Positions 58,314-64,000 of a DNA stretch of 64,000 bases are shown here, one piece after another. Origin of the DNA: Candidatus Heimdallarchaeota archaeon (GTDB lineage: Archaea > Asgardarchaeota > Heimdallarchaeia > JABLTI01); NCBI GenBank assembly GCA_018238155.1, contig JABCTZ010000036.1:1-64000 (forward strand), written 5' to 3'. The notes beneath the pieces were generated by a model, which ran no database searches, was not told the DNA's origin, and saw only the letters and a list, made by a program, of their open reading frames with translations. A program made the translations under genes and the position numbers. The first letter of the stretch is position 1, and every line of letters begins with the position of its first letter.

Positions 58314-60431
58314 TTGAAATTCTTATTCAAACCAAAAAGTATTGCCGTTATCGGAGCCTCAGCAAAACCAGGGAAAATAGGTTACGAAATAATGGATAAT
58401 ATTCTATCCTATGGCTTCAAAGGTGAATTGTATCCTATTAATCTAAAAGAAATAGAGATTCTAGGTAAAAAATGCTATAAATCAGTAGCAGACGTACCTG
58501 GTGAAATCGATTTAGCTGTTATTTCAATTCCAGCAAAATACGTCCCTGCTGTTTTCGAAGGCTGTGGTAAAAAAGGTGTGAAATCTGCAGCAATTGTTAC
58601 AAGTGGTTTTGGCGAGGTCGGTGACCATGAAACTGAAAATCGTCTTGTTGAGATTGCTGAAAAATATAATATGCCATTTATTGGGCCAAACATTTTTGGA
58701 ATAGTATATGCTCCAAACAATATTAATGCCTCATTTGGTCCTGCTGATGTAAAACCAGGCAAGTTAGCCTTCATTACACAAAGTGGAGCACTAGGTATTG
58801 CACTTATGGGTTGGACAATTACCAATAAAATTGGTCTCTCATCAATCGTTAGTATTGGAAACAAAGCTCAAATTGGTGAAAGTGAGCTTCTAGAAAACTT
58901 TTTGAAAGATGATCCAAACACAAAAGCAATTTTGCTTTATGTTGAAGGTTTAATTGATGGTAGACAATCAATGAAAACATTCAAAGAAGTTGGTTTGAAG
59001 AAACCAATTATAGCATTAAAATCCGGGCGCTCAAAAAGAGGTGCAGCTGCTGCTGCAAGCCATACAGGAAGTCTAGCTGGTGCAGACAATATCTATTCTG
59101 CTGCATTCAAACAGTCAGGTGTTCTCAGAGCCATAGATGCTTCTGAAGCTTTTGACTGGGCAAGATGTATTACAAATAACCCTCGTCCTAAAGGAAAGAA
59201 TGCCGTTATCATAACAAATGGTGGTGGAGTAGGAGTAATGGCTACTGATGCTTGTGAGGACAATGATTTAGATCTTTACAATGATCAAGAGAAACTCAAA
59301 GAACTATTCTTTAAACCTGAGATAATGCCTCCTTTTGGTTCAACCAAAAATCCAGTAGATATTACTGGTGGCGGCGGAGAATTAGCATATAAAAAAGCAA
59401 TTGAAGCTGCTTATAATGCCAAAGAAATTCATTCCATTGTTGTACTTTATTGTCAAACAGCAACAACTAATCCAGATCTGTTAGCTGATTATATCATAGA
59501 AGTGGTAAAGAAAAACGGTGGTAAGAAACCATTTGTTATCGCAAATATTGGTGGAGAAGCAGTAGAAACTATGATTGACAAACTAAATGAAAATGACATC
59601 TCTGCATACGATCTCCCAGAAAAAGCTATTTCCTCCTTGAGCGCACTTTATAGATGGTCTGAGTTTATAGATAGAAACGAAAAACAAGGGAAAACAAAAC
59701 CACTGAAATTGCCAATTCCACAAATTAAAGCAATCATTGACAATATCAGAAAGGAAGGCAGAATTCAAATGCTCGAACATGAATCCAAACAAATTTTCAA
59801 ATTAATTGGTTTAAATGTTCCACCTTTCGCTCTGGCCCAAACTGTTGATGAAGCACAAAAATTTGCTCAAGAGGTTGGTTATCCCGTTGTTATGAAAATT
59901 GTTTCTGAAGATATTATTCACAAAAGTGATGCTGGTGGAGTAGTTGTTGGACCAAAAAATGCTAGAGAAGTCGATGAAGCATTTAATAAAATTTTAACAA
60001 ATGCCAAAAACTACAAAGCAGATGCAAATATTCGTGGTGTATTCATTTCTCATATGGTTCCAAAAGCAACAGAAGTCATTGTAGGTGTAACTCGAGATCC
60101 AACCTTCGGACCAGTAGTTATGTTTGGTCTAGGTGGAATCTTCGTAGAAATAATGAAAGATGTTGTTTTTAGAGTAGCTCCCTTCCCAAAGGAAGAAGCA
60201 AGACATATGATAAATGAAATAAAAAGCAAACCAATGCTCTACGGAGCTAGGGGAACAAAACCCGCAGATATAGATGCTTTAGTAGATACCATCTACATTA
60301 TTAGTCAGCTTGTATCTCAAGTGGATGACATTAAAGAATTAGATATCAACCCACTCTTTGCATTAGAAAAAGGTGCAAGTGCAGTCGATGCTCGGATTAC
60401 ATTAACAGAAAAAAGCTATCCAAGTAACTAA
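58314..60431 (+). CDS. ADP-forming acyl/acetyl-CoA synthetase, fused alpha+beta
   Basis: PKSIAVIGAS, GPNIFG, TQSGALG, SHTGSLAG phospho-His, TNGGG, HKSDAGGV, ELDINP. Confidence 0.93.
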   Translation: MKFLFKPKSIAVIGASAKPGKIGYEIMDNILSYGFKGELYPINLKEIEILGKKCYKSVADVPGEIDLAVISIPAKYVPAVFEGCGKKGVKSAAIVTSGFGEVGDHETENRLVEIAEKYNMPFIGPNIFGIVYAPNNINASFGPADVKPGKLAFITQSGALGIALMGWTITNKIGLSSIVSIGNKAQIGESELLENFLKDDPNTKAILLYVEGLIDGRQSMKTFKEVGLKKPIIALKSGRSKRGAAAAASHTGSLAGADNIYSAAFKQSGVLRAIDASEAFDWARCITNNPRPKGKNAVIITNGGGVGVMATDACEDNDLDLYNDQEKLKELFFKPEIMPPFGSTKNPVDITGGGGELAYKKAIEAAYNAKEIHSIVVLYCQTATTNPDLLADYIIEVVKKNGGKKPFVIANIGGEAVETMIDKLNENDISAYDLPEKAISSLSALYRWSEFIDRNEKQGKTKPLKLPIPQIKAIIDNIRKEGRIQMLEHESKQIFKLIGLNVPPFALAQTVDEAQKFAQEVGYPVVMKIVSEDIIHKSDAGGVVVGPKNAREVDEAFNKILTNAKNYKADANIRGVFISHMVPKATEVIVGVTRDPTFGPVVMFGLGGIFVEIMKDVVFRVAPFPKEEARHMINEIKSKPMLYGARGTKPADIDALVDTIYIISQLVSQVDDIKELDINPLFALEKGASAVDARITLTEKSYPSN

Positions 60432-60448
60432 TTTTTTAAAAAAAAACT

Positions 60449-60485
60449 GAGTGAATCGTTTTCACTCTTTCTTTTCTATTTTTTA
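60449..60485 (+). terminator. stem-loop plus pyrimidine tract
   Basis: GAGTGAA-tcgtt-TTCACTC then TTTCTTTTCTATTTTTT after the acyl-CoA synthetase. Confidence 0.5.
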
Positions 60486-60610
60486 ATCACAGAAAACTTA
60501 ATTTTGAATGAATGACTTTGAGAATTGATAGTTACAATTCTACAAGATGTTCGGTAATTTTAATAATCGGCTTGGCTTGAGCAATAAGCAATAAATGAAT
60601 ACTAGCAAAG

Positions 60611-61804
60611 GTGGGTCTTAAAATATACAAATTCAGCTATCAAAATGGGTTACTTTTAGAATTTTCCAATAACCAAAAGGTAATGATTGATAGCAAGAAT
60701 ACCAAAATACCACTAAAAGTAAACGCAATTGTGACACATGCACATTCAGATCACTTTGCAGCGATGAATTCTTACTCAACAACATTTGCAACACAAGCAA
60801 CGATTGATCTTTTTAATAAAATAAAAAAAACAAAAACAAGAAGTAATTTTATCTCTGTAGAATTTAATGAACAATTAAAACTACAACCTGACTCACCCGA
60901 TGTGAAAATTTCATTTATACCATCTGGTCATATTCTTGGTTCTGCATCTGTGTTCATTGAAAATGATAATAGTCGGTTTTTATTCTCGGGAGATGTAGGA
61001 GGAAAGGGGCAGCTAACCTCATTAGCACCTTTGAAAGCTGTTCAAGCAGATATTTTAGTTGTCGAAGCAACGTTTGGTTCTCCGGAATTAGTCTTCCCGT
61101 CTCGAGAGGAAACCTCAATGGAGATATTGAAATGGTCTGCAAACGTCATAAAAGAAAAGAAGAATGTGCTGTTTTCAGCAGGACGGTTAGGTTCCTCACA
61201 AGAATTGATTAAACTATTTAATAACCTCACAAATCTAAATGTTATAACTCATGGAGAAGTTACTCAACTATCAGAGATTTATCAAAAACATGGTGTAAAG
61301 CTGGTTTTTCATGATTCAAAATCAGAGGAAGGAAAGGAAATACTGAGAAACGGAGAGGCAATAATCATTCAACCCCGAGGGAAGAAGATCGTTCCGTATT
61401 TTATTACGGAACATGTTGAATGTAAGACTGCAATAGTAACAGGTATGGCTTCAAGATTTCAATATAGAAATTACGATGCTTCATTTCCATTATCTTCGCA
61501 TGCGAATTTTCACGAATTGATAGAATATATCAAAGAAGTATCTCCAGAATTGGTTTTCACAATATACGGTCTCGAGAAAAAACTCGCAAAAGCAATAACA
61601 AGAGAATTAGATATTCCAGCAATTCCTCTAAAAGACAAAACACCAAATGCAATACAAAAAACAAGTGATAAAATTGCTGTAGAACAAAATCAAAGAAAAA
61701 ATCTAGAAAGGGAAAAAGTAACCTTAAAGAAAATAGAGAGAAAAGTTGTTTCCAAAGAAAAGAAGGAAATAACCTTAGATGATTTTTTCAAGAAGGACAG
61801 CTAG
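60611..61804 (+). CDS. metallo-beta-lactamase/beta-CASP nuclease with a PIP-box-like C-terminus
   Basis: THAHSDH, SGHILGS, SGD, VEATFG, LSSHA; tail KEITLDDFF. Confidence 0.85.
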   Translation: MGLKIYKFSYQNGLLLEFSNNQKVMIDSKNTKIPLKVNAIVTHAHSDHFAAMNSYSTTFATQATIDLFNKIKKTKTRSNFISVEFNEQLKLQPDSPDVKISFIPSGHILGSASVFIENDNSRFLFSGDVGGKGQLTSLAPLKAVQADILVVEATFGSPELVFPSREETSMEILKWSANVIKEKKNVLFSAGRLGSSQELIKLFNNLTNLNVITHGEVTQLSEIYQKHGVKLVFHDSKSEEGKEILRNGEAIIIQPRGKKIVPYFITEHVECKTAIVTGMASRFQYRNYDASFPLSSHANFHELIEYIKEVSPELVFTIYGLEKKLAKAITRELDIPAIPLKDKTPNAIQKTSDKIAVEQNQRKNLEREKVTLKKIERKVVSKEKKEITLDDFFKKDS

Positions 61805-61825
61805 TTATAATGGCGCTGATTAGTT

Positions 61826-62227
61826 GTGACTCGAATTTTCAAAATGGTGTTATCAAAAATTCAACCAAGTCAGCTCTATATTAGTGAGAAAAAATTAGCT
61901 AATATAAAGGAAAAAACAAATAAAAACGGTATAGTTGAATTAGATCCTATACCGATTAAAAAGTTGGGCGATGATATAATCTATACAGATGGACATACTC
62001 GCGCTTTTCTTGCCTATCAAAACGGTGAAAAAGAAATTAGCGTTGAATGGGACGATGACGATTTAGATTGGGAAATGTATGCAGTATGTGTTCAATGGTG
62101 TAAAGATGAAGCAATTTATACAATTGGCGATTTACAAAAGAGAGTTGTTCCACATAAAAAATATGAAGTGGTTTGGTACAAGCGCTGTGATACTTTGCAT
62201 GCAGAAATAGCTCAGAAGAAAGCATAA
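61826..62227 (+). CDS. ParB/Srx-like nucleotide-binding small protein
   Basis: IQPSQLYIS, PIPIKK, DGHTRA motif. Confidence 0.6.
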   Translation: MTRIFKMVLSKIQPSQLYISEKKLANIKEKTNKNGIVELDPIPIKKLGDDIIYTDGHTRAFLAYQNGEKEISVEWDDDDLDWEMYAVCVQWCKDEAIYTIGDLQKRVVPHKKYEVVWYKRCDTLHAEIAQKKA

Positions 62228-62259
62228 AAGTGACATGAAAAATACTTTGGGAGTTTCTT

Positions 62260-62784
62260 TTACTTGGATTCTCTTTTTTCTTTGCCTTTATTTAAATCAA
62301 TAGCTTTTTCTTTCACTAGAGAGATTGGCGCTACGTCCTCGAATTTTGGTTCTGTTACAACATATATTTCAGCTATACCTTTTGGTGTGAAATTTTTTAC
62401 CATTCGACCTGAATGGAATCCAAATGGTCCAGGATGTTGAACATCTCGGAAAGTTAAACGATAATACGTTGCAAGATGTGCCCATTCATTGAGTTCATCA
62501 GGATGCTTTACAGATTTGGGTGCTGTTTCAGCTAAACCAATCCAATTGTACCAAGCATGTACATCTTCTGGGTCACCTAACGCACGACTTGTACTTGGGT
62601 CCATAGTTCTTCCGCTGTAATTTGCTGTGATTTTAATACACAACCATTTACCAACAAGTGTGATGATTCTATCCGCTGTACCTGGTCCATTTTTCTCAAA
62701 AGAATAATCAGACCATTCACTTTCCACTTCATCTTCAAGTTTACTGATCAAGAATTTTTCTAGTTTTGATATATCAATAGTCAT
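62260..62784 (-). CDS. hypothetical protein
   Basis: 174-aa ORF with GGAG SD-like site, co-directional with dtdA. Confidence 0.65.
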   Translation of the reverse strand: MTIDISKLEKFLISKLEDEVESEWSDYSFEKNGPGTADRIITLVGKWLCIKITANYSGRTMDPSTSRALGDPEDVHAWYNWIGLAETAPKSVKHPDELNEWAHLATYYRLTFRDVQHPGPFGFHSGRMVKNFTPKGIAEIYVVTEPKFEDVAPISLVKEKAIDLNKGKEKRESK

Positions 62785-62846
62785 CTGTCTAACTCCTTGA
62801 ACTTTAGTATACTGAAAAGATATTCTTCTTCTCCGATTTTCTTTTT

Positions 62847-63716
62847 TTAATAATCGGTTTTTCCATATTTAACATCTTTTGCTTTTACTACTTCTACATT
62901 ACGAGTTGAGCAACCATCCTTAATGATTTGAATTAAGGTTGCATTCAAGCTACTCCGATCAATTATCGCCCATTTGATTTTCTCAATTGTTTTATCGATC
63001 ATTTGTTCTACTATTGCTTGAGTGAGGTGTTCTTTATGATATTTAGGTAGAATGTGACCGATTGCTACAGGTGTTAATTCCATTAATTCATTGAATCGTG
63101 TTGTGTAATGTCCACCTCCAAAACAAATACTGGGAATAATTTTCTCTTCATTTTTTTGCAAACAGATTTTCATTAGAGTATTTGCAACAGCTTGTAACGC
63201 TAATTTATTCTTGAACTCTATCTCTGTGCTCCCTACTTCAACATAGATTAATGGCGTTTTTAGATTGGTTGGTCCATGGTGTGTTGCTTCTACTGTAACG
63301 TCAAAGTTAGTTAGAGCAAGTTTTTCTTGTTCTTTCAAAAGGTTGAGATATGCTTCTCTAATTGCTCTTGTACTTCCAAAAGCTAATTCCAAAGGATTGC
63401 CACCATGACTATTATCAGAACTAAGATTTCCGGTAATATGCGTTAGTAGGCTTGGTTTATTTGCCTTACTTTGATGACGTGAACCAAATAGCAATAGATC
63501 TGCTTCAAGCTTATCACAATGGTCTGTATGGATAACATCTTTTGTTGAATTCACTAATCGAATATTTTTATGTTTATAAATTGGTGTTTCATCAAATGTT
63601 TCTTCAGTTTCTTCGAATGACCAATTGTCCAAAAGGGTTTGGCGTATATTTCTACCACAAATATTTTTATCGGTGGTTATTATAACCGGTTTTTTAAGAT
63701 TCATTTGAACTTTCAC
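62847..63716 (-). CDS. dtdA: archaeal D-aminoacyl-tRNA deacylase (DTD2 family)
   Basis: SRHQS, LLTHITGN, EATHHGPT, VEVGS, FGGGHY, GHILPKY. Confidence 0.92.
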   Translation of the reverse strand: MKVQMNLKKPVIITTDKNICGRNIRQTLLDNWSFEETEETFDETPIYKHKNIRLVNSTKDVIHTDHCDKLEADLLLFGSRHQSKANKPSLLTHITGNLSSDNSHGGNPLELAFGSTRAIREAYLNLLKEQEKLALTNFDVTVEATHHGPTNLKTPLIYVEVGSTEIEFKNKLALQAVANTLMKICLQKNEEKIIPSICFGGGHYTTRFNELMELTPVAIGHILPKYHKEHLTQAIVEQMIDKTIEKIKWAIIDRSSLNATLIQIIKDGCSTRNVEVVKAKDVKYGKTDY

Positions 63717-63718
63717 CT

Positions 63719-64000
63719 CTAATTCAAAGAAATATTTTTAGCATTAATGAATTCCTCTATTTCATCTTTCCTAGGCATTCCATCTCGAGCATTGGAGAGT
63801 GTAATTTGTAACGCTGCACACGCTGCAGCATATTTCCCACAAGCAGAGAGGGATAGATTTTGTTTGTAAGAATGAATAAATCCTGCGGCATAAGCATCTC
63901 CCGCACCTGTAGTATCAACAACAGGAACTTCAAAGGATGGTATTTTCTCTATACCATCGTGGGAAACAATATATGACCCTTCATGCCCAAGTGTTACATT
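63719..64000 (-). CDS. PfkB/ribokinase-family carbohydrate kinase (C-terminal part, truncated by window edge)
   Basis: manual translation VTLGHEG...VVDTTGAGDAYAAGF; TAG stop at 63719-21. Confidence 0.9.
   Translation of the reverse strand, partial: NVTLGHEGSYIVSHDGIEKIPSFEVPVVDTTGAGDAYAAGFIHSYKQNLSLSACGKYAAACAALQITLSNARDGMPRKDEIEEFINAKNISLN

Noticed and set aside
111-62225. numerous short ORF-track entries overlapping real genes (e.g. 111-425, 9002-9523, 38396-38719, 53560-54012, 58475-58864)
   Set aside because: Antisense or alternate-frame shadows of well-supported genes with no protein-like motifs

Overview
A low-GC, gene-dense archaeal chromosome segment. Inference from gene content and a very eukaryote-like GTPBP2: probably an Asgard (Heimdallarchaeia-like) genome. 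It is mostly housekeeping: aRF1, SSB/RPA, SecY, PolD DP1, uL11, archease, DtdA, a GTPBP1/2-family GTPase, TrxB, DGGGP synthase, glycine cleavage H/PA/PB, ADP-forming acyl-CoA synthetase, and scattered pterin/F420 genes (Fno, MptA, FolP, DmrX-like, DHPS-like). There are three tRNAs, all with encoded CCA: Leu-CAA with a 59-nt BHB intron, Thr-GGT and Ser-TGA. Small accessory islets lie next to them (HEAT proteins, tandem membrane-thioredoxin paralogs, gene relics). I saw no CRISPR array, transposase or integrase. The strongest unexplained signals are in RNA. (1) A ~600-nt patch inside the secY coding sequence has sharply altered synonymous codon usage and a nested series of long-range complementary helices, suggesting a large structured element in the secY mRNA. 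(2) A free-standing ~150-nt multi-stem ncRNA candidate at 25797-25945 has its own TATA-like box and T-tract. (3) A CLC gene has an N-terminus apparently joined by a -1 shift at an A-AAA-AAT heptamer. All pairings were found by eye and have not been tested with folding or covariation software.
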